DNA from: Haliotis rubra
Taxonomy: Eukaryota
DNA length: 64,000 nucleotides
NCBI RefSeq assembly: GCF_003918875.1
Contig: NW_025765336.1
Coordinates: forward strand, 186,001-250,000
Direction of reading: 5' to 3'
The notes under the pieces were generated by a model. The model was not told the DNA's origin. It did no database searches and was given only the letters and a program-made list of their open reading frames with translations. Positions 11,345 to 24,698 of this stretch are shown one piece after another. The number at the start of each line of letters is the position of its first letter. Position 1 is the stretch's first letter. The position numbers and the translations under genes were made by a program.

Positions 11345-12440
11345 GTCATGATCGCCCCTTATTTCAGCGATGTCTTGGTTTTTCCACGAAAGTGTGCATC
11401 CATCCATTGGTGCAATACGATGCCTCCAAAAAGCAACTACTGGGGCAACAAGTGGCCAATGACACAATTCTAACTAATAACCACCGGACCATTAATTTGA
11501 TATGCTGGTAGGACCACCAAGCATCGAAAATATCAGGATGAAATATGCAAAGGCAGAATATATCTTGTCGCTTGCTGCCACGTCTCTTTATGGAATATCT
11601 GAAAGTGGCACTTATAAGCATTAAGGGAAATATACTGTCCATGGTATCACACAACCTCGATATACATAGTAAATTTGTCTGACGTCTCTTAAGTAATGCT
11701 TTTTCTTCAGGAATCAACGCTAACGTCACATCAAATATAGGAATGGATTATAAACATTTTGCGCAGTGTTTAAAAGCATTGTCGATGATGGGATTGTCCA
11801 GCGCTTTTCAGTAATAACACCAGCACTGGCGTCACTTCAATGAAATTAGAAGAAATGAATTATTTTGCAAAATGTCTGTGAGAGTTCTCAAAAGCCTCAC
11901 GACGTTGGGAACACTTTGACACCAGTATGTCGTAGGACTCATCATGTTTTTCATTCTCCTTGTAACTATTTTATTTCATATTTTACATGGTTGTTTCATC
12001 CCCGCTGGCGTCACTTTTTCACCGGCCATTTCCTCTCATTTACTAGACGATCAAAGCAAGAAATTGTGCCGTCAAGGGACTCGTGTTTTCCAAGACAATT
12101 TGCAGTCTTTTTACTCCAGGATCAATCACTGTTCCATCAGTTCAATGTATGTATGTCTTGAAAATATGTTTCTATACTTTCCTGATGAGCCAGCCTTCCT
12201 TAAACTAGAGTCCTTTTCATTGTTCTTTGTAACACAGGCATCGTGCTATAAGTTGGAGGATAATGGTTTTTTCGGCTACGGTAAGCAGTACTCAATACAT
12301 ACCAGGGTTGGCTATAAATAATTGTGTCCGAACCAGGTAGACCATTAAATGAAAACATGACCTCTTGTGGTCTATGTCCATGGTTTTCAACGATGATCAT
12401 TTAGCAAATACAAAAATATGACCACACTATAACCATTTTG
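11345..12440 (-). pseudogene. PLE relic B, copy 2 (RT core to C-terminus)
   Basis: Ordered degenerate motifs: FSFNGLPGSDTI (~FVLVPADKASNNI), AGMKQPCKI*N (~SGVNQMWILKN), ISSNFIEV (~IDNIFV), FTMYIEVV (~FRYIDDV), SIFPLML (~IYPxEL), KRQDIF...LLVRI (~KRDDF...QLIRY). Confidence 0.6.
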
Positions 12441-12584
12441 ATCGTCTCTAACTATAGGTGTGGGCGATGGTGTAGCATAGTGGTAAAAGCGTTCGCTAGT
12501 CACGCCCAAGGTGCGAGTTCGATTTCCCTAATGGTTACAATGTGTTAGTAAAAGCGACAAAACCCTTTCTACATCGATTAGAAT

Positions 12585-12910
12585 GAGTGAGTGAGTGAGT
12601 TAAAGTTTTACATTGCATCGGCAATATTGCAGCCATAAAGCGATGAGATCAAGTTGAATAATATTAAACGTCTTTCTACAAAGGACAGTAAAATAGAATG
12701 CTCAATATCAGAGTAAATTATAAAACAAACCAATTTTTATTACAAATATGATTTTCTTAAACTGTTATGTGGTATGAATTAAAACTAGGCTATAGACCAC
12801 TAGCGACCAAACTTAGACCACCTTCCTGGGGATCAAGGGGAGTTAGGGTACTTCAGCTTTCTCCATGATTCCCAGGTGGATTAACGTCATCATTTTGGCT
12901 ACCAGTGGTT
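12585..12910 (-). mobile_element. Diverged LINE 3' UTR fragment with (CACT)n tail
   Basis: Reverse-complement similarity to 28930-29271. Confidence 0.65.
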
Positions 12911-15900
12911 GTATCTAATACTAACCAACATCACTGTAACCGAGCAATTGCTATGCTAGTATATGACCACACGATGACCATTTTGATCGTCTCTAACTAT
13001 AGGTCTGGGCGACAGTGTAGCATAGTGGTAAAAGCGTTCGATAGTCACGCCCAAGGATCGAGTTCGTTTTCCTTAATGGGTACAATGTGTGAGTAAAATC
13101 GACAAAAGCCTTTCATCGTCAGTTATACAAAACACATGTCAGCAGCATCAGTGTGCTCTCTTTCAGACATGTACGTGGGCAGAGGGTAGCCTAGTGGTTA
13201 TAGCGTCCGCTCGTCACGCCGAACACCTCGGTTCGATTCGACACTGTGGTATGACGTTGTGTGAGTGAGGGTATAGGGAATAGTGTTGTAGCAGTTGGCA
13301 GGGCGTTCTCCAAAACATTACAGTCAGGGGAACCAGTTGTCCCAAAGCAGGAGCAACTGACTTCGACAGAGGGAATATCATCCATCCATCCATCCATCCA
13401 TCCATCCATTCATTCATTTACTTTTTTATTCATAGTCATTCATTCCCGAGTTTCACAGAGAAATGTGTCGCAAAACATCACTAACCAAATCCACTTCAAA
13501 TGACAGACAAGGTCGAGGCTTAGATTTCATCACAGCTTTCACCTATCCAGTCACTATCCCTAAAGAGTCCTTGCTGACGTCCTTATTGTCCATTGTCATT
13601 ATTCATTGATATGACACACTTCAAACTATTAACACTTGTTCTCGTCGCTAAATGATAACTCCACTCACTCATCACATATGCACATGGACAAACCCAGTAC
13701 TCTTATATATAGATCATAAATGACATGCAGTCGGTGGACCATTCAAATATTGAAGAAGAACATTTGCTACTACCACCGAGATCAGAGACAGCCCCACCAA
13801 GGCTCGCCAAGTTAACTTGCACGTCTTTGGCGACCACGCTGAGGGCAGCATTTGTATTTTCTGTGTTTCTCATCGCCCAAATGAATAATTTTATTGCCAA
13901 CCTCAAAAAAATTTTTCATTCCAACACCGCAGACTCGAACCTAAAACGTACCGCCTCGCCATATAAAATGTTTATCTTTTAATCAGTTGCTGCCACAAGT
14001 CCAAAGAACGCGTGAAATTGTAATAAGAATTACAATAAATGAGAATCAAGAACATTATTCAGATAATTCTGTTTTTTATTAAGTTGGGGGTTTTGGCCCA
14101 TGTTCAGAATTTGGTGGCTACGTGAAACACATAAAAATATGATGCCCTGACTTCTTTTTCGCCAACAGCGACGGACAAGAATTAAAATCAACTCACAGAT
14201 GATGAAAATCGAACCATGCAATTCCGGTTGCGCGAGTGACCGACTGTTAGTTTGAGAAAGCGGCGCTGTTTGACTGTTTGAGTTTCTTACGTTTGTTGTC
14301 ATGCGTAATGACATGTATACGTGTTTAATACAAGTTTAAATAAAATGTTGAACGTCAGCAAGAAAACGTTGTAATCGTGTGTGCAAAGGAATATTTGGTC
14401 GTTCTATGTTTGGTTTTATATCATTCTAACATGACACTGCTTAAGCGCAGTTTCAAGTAATAAATGTGAGTTTATCGATTCTACACTTGAGACCATCTCT
14501 TATTTCACAACGCAATAGATTTATCTCCAAATACCTACAGAACGTGATTGCCGCCGGTTTCGCTTTAATCTGTTAAACGAAAGAAAGTTCTTATTTATTG
14601 ACACTTAAATCTACATTGAACAGAGCAATAAATATAATATCACATTGGTTCTCGTTTGATACCATTATTGGGAAGGTTATGGTACCTTATCAATTGAAAC
14701 GAGAGAGATGATTTGCGCGCTTCGCCAAATTTCTATGTAACAAAAGTATGTATTGCCTACCCTATGTATGAGACAGTTCAGTTATATGCACCTTAACTAA
14801 ACGTTTGGAAAATATGGATAATTCAAATTGGAATCCGTTTTTCCGTTATTATGTATGGTCCAGAATTTACTTTTGATCCCGAATTTCATTGCAGTTTACT
14901 GCATTTCACTATCATAAACTCACAATCGAACCAGGCAGGTTTATAACAGTTTCGATATATCATGTGCTTATTTACCCATTGTCAAATGAAGCAAGCATGT
15001 AGAGTCATGAAGCTCCCATCCTGGTAGTGTGTGAGATCATTATAGCCACTTACAAGCAGAGCTAAGCTTGTGGAAGCAGCGGCCGTAAAACCCGCAGCAA
15101 AATGGCCACCTAAGAACCACTTTTCATACCTTTGAAGTTGAGTCTTTAACGCTAATGGAACAGGGCATGCTGACAATTTTAGAATAACATGTGAGGTTCT
15201 TAGGTAATAACAATATCATGTTTAGCATCTCGCTATTTTCCCTCCAACTTGAACAACTGCTAAAGGCGTCTAGTGGGAAGTTGATGAGTAAGTGAGGGAG
15301 TGGTGATAGATGTTTTGAAACCAAACACAGCTATAGTCTGATATAATATAAATATTTTCATATAGAACGTAAATGACATAGCACACAGTCTCGTTCACCC
15401 GACGAAACAGATGGAACCATTAAAGCAACATAGCAGGAAGCCTGTATGAATTAACACTGAAAATCTGCGATGAAGACCGGGTGTTCGTGATAGGTGTAAA
15501 TCGGTCCTGCCCTACTGTTTCTTAAATACATATATCAACTGCATACGTCATAACATAACAGACATGATCATCCATACATTGTGAATTTTAAATAAGTGTC
15601 TTCAAACAGCATCCATCTTACACTCATATTCAGTTCCAATCACCGAGATTCGATGACAAGGGAAACACGATGATGGCATCATCATCCAACAGAAAAGGAT
15701 TTTGAAAATATCTATTTGACAAAACAGTAGGAAAACGTTTTAACGCTTTGATAATTTATGGGAAAAAATATTCCAATCCACAGAAAACCTTTCAATGTTA
15801 TATTGTCTTTTGGATATGGAATGTGTTTTCTCGTATATATTTCCAAGAGCCAGTGATATCAAACTTTAATCGGGACAAATGTAGGTCAAATATCTGCACA

Positions 15901-16179
15901 CCTACTCCACACTTAGATGAATCCTACCAATGAAAAGACGTGTCCTGCGGGAGGTCTAGTTTGGTTTGATAATATTCTTGTTGTTTTTCTTGTCCCTGAG
16001 ACAGGAGTGAAACAATAATAAGCACGGGTGAACAATATCGTAGAACAACTCTGTCACCAAAGTACTTTACATTAAACACTTCATTCTTGTAATTGGTTTG
16101 ACATATCACATTTATGCAGACATTTCATTTTCTTAATTTCTCCAACCACCAGAATCAGTGCAACGGCCGCTCAACCAGA

Positions 16180-16337
16180 CAACCAATGACCGTTCATGCG
16201 TCAGTACTTACGAAGCAAATCAATAGCCATTTAGTGATATGGAATGTGACTGGTAAATTGAGGACGGTCATTATTCAATTTGGACAAATAGGGCATCCAT
16301 CTAAATGAATTGGGTCATGTTCTCAGACAGATGATGA
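16180..16337. promoter_or_regulatory. Conserved non-coding island Z (copies 16180-16337, 28403-28560; deleted in copy 1)
   Basis: 158 nt with one substitution between the two copies. Contains CCAAT and AAATCAAT motifs and a 9-bp internal inverted repeat. Confidence 0.55.
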
Positions 16338-18084
16338 TCCTTGGTTGGTAAATATGGACCTGACATTTGCATTGAAGCCCCTGTCTTATTTTATACAAGT
16401 GACGGTTATTCAAACTGTGCCTTCCGCAAGAAGAAAGGATATACCTGTTTAACAGCCAGTTAATGCAAAATGTACTATTTTCCTGACACAAGCGAGGCAG
16501 TAGAAAACCCTTGTCACAGTTAACACGCCAAATCATCAAAGGTATTCTTTCTCTGCCCTAAGAAAAACAGTTCAAAACATGTGAAGAAACTAGAAAGTTT
16601 TCATGACACTCGTGAACCCGTCTAGCCCTATCTGTACCAACCGTGGAGACTGACGGTAGAGGTCACTACACAGTACGTCAAATTAAACAGTCAGTGACTA
16701 GATCAGCTCAGGATGCTAAACGTGGCGTGTGAGGTTCAGCTAAAAATTATTTCGTGGGTGGACTGTCATAGAAAGGAATCGAAAACATCTTCATGCCATT
16801 ATCAAGTGCTAAACGTGTATTTTTGGAGAGAAAGAAACGCATTTTTTTTTGCTAAACATTTAATTTTGTAAATTCCAACTTAGTGTGACATGTATTTATA
16901 TCATATGTTACATTTGCATATGTTCATCTTGTATAGTAAAACTGACTAAATATAACAAACGTGTTAAACAAAGACGGTGCAGTAGTATGAGTTATGAAGC
17001 ATTATACCTGTATAATTTGGCAGCGAACAATAAAGGTCTGTGGTGTTTGGCGTTTGAAAGTCCTTACACTAATTAATGAACTCGTAATACCTTGAATAGT
17101 GTTTGAGTTGTATCAACTTTAGAATTGAACAAAGCATACAGTTGGGGTCTCTGGTATCGAGGTTTAGTTTTATATCTGAATAAAGAATATCATATTAAAT
17201 CATCTGAACTGCATCCACATGCAGTGTGTACTGTCAGGGCAAATAATCCTTCTAAGCCAGGTGACGTAATACTGCAACCATATCGACCAATAATCTTTCT
17301 ATGGTAAGCAATGCAACACTGTAACACCTTCGACCAATAATTTCTGCTCGGTAAGCTGCGCAACACAACAACGCCGTAGACCAATAATTCCATTTCGGGT
17401 AATATATATATTCTATTATAGCATTATCGCCTTTGGCTATCACAATGGTTATTTCATTTCAGTCCTCAAGGACAATATGTCGGTTAGATCACGGTGAGCA
17501 TGCTTAATTTGGAGGGAAACACCAAAATGACACATATTTTATACATTCACCGCACTTAGGGAATCGACCAAAACACAGGTAGAATCAGCACGAATCAAGA
17601 ATAATGAACAGATCCTGAGGGTACTATGGGATTTAATTACGACGCATGAAGTGACTGTCTTACACATGTCACCGATGGTAAAAAAATATAAAGATGTAGT
17701 CAAACAACAGCGCTATAATATCGCAGGGGCTATCGTCAAGCCCAAACCTTGATTTAGGAAGTCTTGGCAATATAGGCACACTGTGGAGCGGGCCCAAGTC
17801 ATGAAATAGAAATCGAATCTGACCTGTTTCCACGTGTCAACCTATTTATTTCCTGTAATAGAGAAGAACGTTTATAAGAATGACCAATGTACGGAAATAA
17901 GGTGGATTACAGACAAGAGACAGAGCAAATTGTAAGAGATCTTAAGCCTACATTAAACCCCTACGCAGCATTAATCAAGTGTCGATTCAGACAGTACTAA
18001 TTACGCCGCAGTTTATTGGAGGGTAGCTACCATGGCGCAAAACCAGCAGTACATATCAGTTGATTTTATCATTTGTTAAATATA

Positions 18085-19470
18085 TTCACTAGCATTGAAA
18101 AAGCACCACTTACACAAGTTGAGATTACTGAAGCACACGTAAGCAATTGATGTTTTTTTAGTGGATAATAACAGATGGACGACTGACAAAAACAACAACA
18201 CAGAGAAAACGCTCATTCACTTAATTGTTTCACAGTCAGAAAGGATCAAACACATGTGGTGTCAAACCGAAAAGTCAATATTGCGTGTGACCGCTGTTTG
18301 CATTAACACATGCAGTGCAACGTCTCCTCATTGAGTCAACAAGCGTAAGAATAGTGTCCTGGGGATGGCATTCAACTCCTTTAGAAGTGCAGCCTCAAGT
18401 TCCCGGATGTTTCGCATCTGTTGTCGCCGCGAAAGACGTTGACTAATTTCGTCTCACAAGTGCACAATAGAAGATAAATATGGCGACAGTACTGGCCAAT
18501 GAATTAACAGGATGTGTTGCTGGGCCACATACTGCATGGAAAGACTAGCTGTGTATGCCCGTGTGTTGTCCTATTGAAAAATATGGACATCTTGGTGGTG
18601 ATTGAAGAATGACACGACGTGATTCTGAAGAATCTGGTCACGGTAGCATAGGGCATTAACTCTCCCTTGACAGACACGAAGGCAGTTCTGTGATTGTAAC
18701 TTATTCCATCCCAGACCATGACACTCCCACCACCCCAACGGTCTGTCTGAACCACACACTCATCAGCATAACGTTCACCACGTCTACGCCAAACACATAA
18801 TCGGCCGTCAGCATTACGTCGGTGCAAACGTGACTCGCCAGTGAATACTATACCATGCCATTGTTGTAACCTCCATTGAACATGTCTTTTAGCACATTGT
18901 ATACGCTCATTACGGTGTCCGTCAGTCAGAATTGGTCCAATGTAATAACGTCAGGCATGGAGCCCGGCAGCGTGTAGTCAGAGTTGCCAGGTGACCCCAC
19001 GTCGACCTTGAACTAGTACAGCAGTCCTGGCAGCCGGCAGCGTTCGATTACGGACATGGTCATGGACAATATGGCGATTTTGACGGGGCGTCGTGACACG
19101 TTGTTGCCAAGGTCGTGGAAGGTCACAGGTGCTGCCTGTGTGCTATGAAGCCTAACGATGGTGGAGTGGCTACATCTAAGTCGTCGAGCAATATCCCTGC
19201 TGCTGGTGCCAACCTGAATCATGCCTAGTGCACGTTCTCTTTCCTGAGGTGTTATCCCCGGCATCTCTGTCCTCGTTTCACAATCGTTAGTGAAGAAATG
19301 AGACGCGTTTCTCATACACCTGCTTTTAATGTCACTGTCAGCATAATTTCAGAACGAAATTCAATTTTTTTTCATGGCGTGGATGCATGTTGTTGCGTTT
19401 TGGAGTTAAGATTCATATTGTGAACAGGAGCTCGTTTCTAAAACATTTTTTCAACTGGACATGTTAATAA
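18085..19470 (-). mobile_element. Tc1-family DNA transposon, transposase pseudogene 19264-18275
   Basis: MPGITPQERERALGMIQVG..DIARRLRCSHSTIVRL (HTH); FTGESR (~FSDESR); DGRLCVWRRRGERY..GGGSVMVW; IFQ*DN; WPVLSPYL (~WPxxSPDL); C-terminal MRRRCTACVNANSGHTQY*. Ends approximate. Confidence 0.92.
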
Positions 19471-19499
19471 TGTTATAAACACAGTCCTTTGACTGTATT

Positions 19500-21700
19500 A
19501 AGGATCATTGTCCCTCAGACAGAGATTCTGTGGTTCATATGCTGGGCTATGCATGATAGGTGTCTTTGTACGGATTGTTATTGAGCTTTGGAATCCCGTA
19601 CACAATAGGAATGGACATGTATTTATGTTTCAGAGTCAAGTCTTAAGTCGATAGTACTGATGCATGGTTTAGACATTCTTATTAACACGTTACGAGCAGG
19701 CTCTGTTTGAAGAATGTTTCAGAGCAACTATGGTCCCAAGTTCGTGTTTAGGTAGATGGTAACAGTTGCAGAAGTCGTTGGATTTATTTCATTGACACAG
19801 TCCCAACTGCTGTTGAAAGAGGGACAACATATAAATAACTGGTAGGTGGGGTAACATACTTTCATCCACTTGGTTCAGTTTCAAGAAAAGAAAATCAGTT
19901 GGAACAACAATACCATTCAAACTGATTGTTAAACAGTTTGTACATATTATGTAAACGGAACACTTATTGAAATTAATATTATTAGTCATGTTAAAAATCT
20001 ATTAACGTCATTTCCACTATATCTACTCATCAACATGACACCACCAGCAAAAGACATGGTATAACTAGTAATACTGATGCCAATTCCTATTTCTGGCATG
20101 TACCATGCCCGCGGGGTTTTCACAGTTGTATATTGGAGGAAAAGCCCACCTTCCATCACTATTTCAAAGTGATTCCTAAACCAGTGCATCTGATATAGTC
20201 AGATTCGTACAGTGGATTCTGTTCCTTTTTAATATGAATACGTGTGTGTTCAACCTAAAACTATAACATAGCGCTAGTCGATTTGTATTTGAAACAGTTA
20301 ATCGATAATCATGGAATTTTACTAGGTTCATGGTATCGCTCAACAAATCAATAAAACTCTCCGTTATCCCAGAAATTAATTTTTATCTTTTTCTATGAAA
20401 ATTGGATGTCACTATTTAAACCATTATGCTGACGCCAGATGATTCAGTCAAGAATCACGAGACTGTGCCCATCAGCAATTAAATCCAACCCCACTGCAGG
20501 TCATTATGCAAAAAAAGACATTTGTATTCACCATAAAATTCAAATCTGTAAGTTGAGGTGAGGTGAGGTGAAATTGGGTTTAACGTCGTGCTTGAGAATA
20601 TTTCGCTCATATGACGACGTGCATACGTGTGTATGTGTATGTGCGGCTGCTTGTACTAGCCCAGACTTAAGCTGGTTTTATAGTGCTAGCCCACTGAGAT
20701 ACCATGCCGCAGTGGAGCATGAATACCCCACTCAGACACATTATACTGACTCCGAGCCGACCAGTCCTTGTTGTACCCATTAATGCCGAGCGCCAGGCAG
20801 GGACCAACAAGTACCATATTTTAACGTCTTTTGGTATGACGCGGTCGGGGATCGAACCCGCGACCTTCCGCTCTCCGGGCGGACGTTCTAACCACTACAC
20901 CACGGAGGCGGTCTGTAAGTTGAGATGTGGAATCAACAGGATCTTCACAGGTGGCTGCTTCCAGAGCCCAATATCCAAATAAACTTATATTTCACTGTTG
21001 TGGGTTAGTGACAGTATTACATCCTTGGATCACCAAAGAACTGTTATGTGACAATCATTTTACCATATTCAATACTGCATCACTATTTTTATAATTTTTA
21101 TATCACTATTAAATTATGTTAACATTTTAATATATCAAATATACAGCATGAAACAAACCATTACAATAACGATTTGTGTTACTGTTGAGTTCATTTAAAA
21201 CTAATATGTTGGACCAAATAAGAAGACAATATGAAGACAAAAACATCAGCCCATGTCACTCAACATGTCTTCTAGAAAGTCAGAACAAATCTGAATGTCT
21301 CGAAATACAGTCTAAATGGTCACAAATATTATCCGTCACTGTGATACTGATGGCTTATGTCTTAGTAAGGAGTTTGACAGAATACACATAATCATTCTAA
21401 AACGATAGCTAAAATCTACTTTGCTAATACACAAACTGCTCCAAATTCGTACCATTCTTGTCCATTCCTCTCTTTCGCAATAGGGAGACTTTTTGTTCAG
21501 ACGAAATCCTGCTTGAGTATGCAGTAACTTTATTCCGTTTTATTCTTTTCACCGAAATGTATCATATGCTGAAATTCCATGCGACAGAAACACTCTTGAA
21601 GAGGAACCATGTTCATGGGTAGACCACTTCCTTGTTGCAATGCATGCGACGTTTCGCTCTAGATGCCACATCGTTATCTGTTGCAATATTGCAATAAAGT
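19500..21700 (-). pseudogene. PLE relic A, copy 2, with hammerhead-like cassette at its 5' end
   Basis: TNVFFCIMTCSGVG and RQHNGLNSDI (~NVIYLITCxxCG..RxNGHRSDI of GIY-YIG); INFNKCSVYII..IVVPTDF; NDFCNC; ALKHSSNRAC; KHKYMSIPIVYGIPKLN. Cassette at 21647-21680. Confidence 0.7.
20558..20911 (-). mobile_element. SINE family 3 (tRNA head, V-SINE/RUDI-like body, (CACCT)n tail)
   Basis: GGTGTAGTGGTTAGA / GGTTCGATCCCCG boxes; 13-bp TSD TCTGTAAGTTGAG. V-domain assignment is from memory. Confidence 0.9.
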
Positions 21701-22351
21701 ACTTGTTTGTTCATAAGAATTGTTCTTCTTCATCATGTCAGCTCCTAAATGTCTCCTAAAGAAGAAACACGCTTGTTACCTATTGTTCATAAGTCATTGT
21801 TTTCATGTGTGGTTTAAAGTGATGAATACTTCACAGACGTCTAAATCGTTTTAGGTTTTAACTGCTTTCATTTAATGTCGTATTGCGCATGCAGATGCAT
21901 CGTTTAAGACCATACTATGACATTTTAATTACTGAAAAGAGAGGAAACTGAATTACCCAAAGGGGACAAATGCTCAACAAGCCTTCAGGAACTCCGTCTG
22001 AACAATACTTCACAAAGAAATTAACTGACGTTTGCAGGAGATGAATAGTTTACGTCTCCGGTATAGCATGATAGTTTCCAATAACTCTACCTGGGGTCTC
22101 AAGGTTGGGTCGATATTCACTGCAGTGAGCATCAATTAACAAGTTTAATCGTCTACCCTAGCATACGTTCCCCTATGACCTTCCAACAGAACAGGTGTCA
22201 CAATAAAGGCGACAAGGGAAATGTCTGCAAAAAGAAGAGCAATTTAAGAATGTAGTAGACGTTCGGATGGCTTAGGACTGCTGCTCCTTCAGATTGTCTG
22301 ATCAACAACCCGGTGAACAAACTTTATGGATAACAACTTCTATATTTCGTG

Positions 22352-22689
22352 AACCGCCTCCGTGGTGTAGTGGTTAGAGCGTCCGCCCGGAGAGCGATCC
22401 CCGACCGCGTCATACCAAAAGACGTTTATATATGGTACTTGTTGGTCCCAGCCTGGCGCTCGGCATTAATGGGTACAACAAGGAATGGTCAGCTCGGAGT
22501 CAGTATAATGTGTCTGAGTGGGGTATTCATGCTTCACTGCGGCATGGTATCTCAGTGGGCTAGCACTTTAAAACCAGCTTAAGTCTGGGCTAGTACAAGC
22601 AGCCGCACATACACATACACACGCATGCACGTCGTCATATGAGCGAAATATTCTCGAGCACGACGTTAAACCCAATTTCACCTCACCTC
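22352..22689 (+). mobile_element. SINE family 3 (B box partly deleted)
   Basis: Near-identical to the 20558 and 63523 copies; flanking repeat TTTCGTGA. Confidence 0.9.
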
Positions 22690-23499
22690 TTTGTTTCGTG
22701 AGTGTAACGTTTCGATACAGATTCTTGTTCCGTTGTCAGCGCGTCTGTATAATAATGTTTTATCTTAATAGAATGGAGATAAATTACAGAGGATAATGGC
22801 TGATGCATACTGAATGGCACATTTGTATTTAGATTGATTTCTGCTGCAAACACACTTAATGGTCTCGCCGTAGTGTAGTGATGGATGTAAGATAAAAAAA
22901 GAGCCATTTTGAGGATAGCTTCCTCAGGACGATCGTTCCCCTGAGAATTGCGTTGTGCATATACGGGGGTCTAAACTTGTGTTGTGAAGGACAACCGTAT
23001 TATTGTGTCTGTTTTTGTTTAACGCCGGATAGCATACATCTTATTGTACACGATATACATATTATGACTTTGATTCAAACCAATGCATCCATGATTCAAA
23101 CCAATGCATCCATGTATCCATGCGCGGAGTTATTCTTTAATATTCAGTTTCTATTTCTTTATAGCATGTCGTCCAATGGTTTTTCAGACCCTCTATCGCT
23201 CGCTTGTTTACTGACCGTAGTATGTAAGAAACATCACTGTGCAGCGTAAGACAGCAATCAACACTGCCTGAAGATTGGGAGCTACCAGTAGAGCGAACAC
23301 ATGGTGTCATTACTGATTTTAAGAAATCCTTCAGAAACTTCCATGTCTGTTTTACCGTTCATCCCAATAGAATCAGTTTCGTCATAAACTAGTAATTGAT
23401 ATTGATTGTTATCTGGAGTAATATATCTACGATATTTCATCTTTCCCAATATCTGTTGTCATCAAAGTGGCCTTACATAAGTAGTTTTTTAGAGTTTCG

Positions 23500-24580
23500 A
23501 CAGTTGACCCCTCGCTTCAACGATGTCTTGTTTTTTCTACGAAAGTGTGCATCTAACGATTTGTGCAATACGATGCTTCCCTACAAGTGTCAATGGCATC
23601 TCTCCAATCAATAACCACTGGAGCATTAATTCGATTCGCTTGTAAGGCAAACAAACACACATGAAATATATAAACGCAGTATACATCTTATCGCTTGCTT
23701 CCATGTCTCTTTATGGAATATCTGAAAGTGGCACTTAAGCATTAAGGGGAATATACTGTCCATGGCATCACACAACCTCGATATATATAGTAAATTTGTC
23801 TGACGTCTCTGAAGTAATGCTTTTTCTTCAGGAATCAACGCTAACGTTACATCAAATAAAGGAATGGATTTCTGCGCAGTGTTTAAAAGCATTGTCGCTG
23901 TGTGGGATTGTCCTTCGCTTTTCAGAAACATCAGCACGAGCGTCACTTCTATGAAATTAGAAGAAATTAATTTATTTTGCCAAATGTCTGTCAGCGTTCT
24001 CAAAAGCATTGCCTGAAGCCGTTTTGAAGATCCTCAATCTGGTCTCTTGGGGATCACGACATTGGGAACACTTTGACACCAGTATGGTTTACGATTCTTC
24101 ATGTTTTTCATTCTCCTTGTAACTATACAAAAGGGTTCTTTTCATATTTTACATACGATGTGGTTTAGTCCCCGCTAGCGCCACCTTTTCACTGGCCATT
24201 TGCCGTCATTTACTTGAGTAACAAAGCAAGAAATAGTTTCGTCAAGGGACACATGTTTTCCGAGACCATTTGCAATCTTTTACTCCAGTATCAATCATTG
24301 TTCCATCAGTTCAAGGTATGCATGTCTTGAAAATATGTTTGTACACTTTCCTGATGAGTCAGTCTTACTTAAACTAGAAGGCCTTGTCATTGTTCTTTGT
24401 AGCACAGGCATCGTGCTATAAGTTGAAGAATAACGGATTTCTCGGCTACGGTAAGTAGTATTCAATGTATACCATGGTGGTCTGTAAGTAATTGTGTTCG
24501 AACCAGGTAGACCACTGAATGAAAACATGAACTTCTGCGGTTTATGTCCAGGTAGCAAATCACAAAATCTGACCACACGA
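23500..24580 (-). pseudogene. PLE relic B, copy 3
   Basis: ORFs 24295-24576 (QKFMFSFSGLPGSNTITY...SSTYS) and 23626-24009 (IPLFDVTLALIPEEKALLQ ~APLLADLFLYxYExxFIQ); also PRDQIEDLQNGFRQCF (~PHDKLK...CF). Continues at 24860-25190. Confidence 0.6.
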
Positions 24581-24698
24581 GTTCGATTTCCCTAATGGGT
24601 ACAATGTGTGAATAAAAGCGACAAAAAAAAACTTTCAACATCAGTTAGAAAAAAATATGTCAATAACATCAATGTGCTCTCTTTCAGACATATATGTA

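Noticed and set aside
11944-12321. Plus-strand 125-aa ORF with a signal-peptide-like start
   Set aside because: Antisense to PLE relic B; the paralog at 24100-24480 has an insertion and stops.
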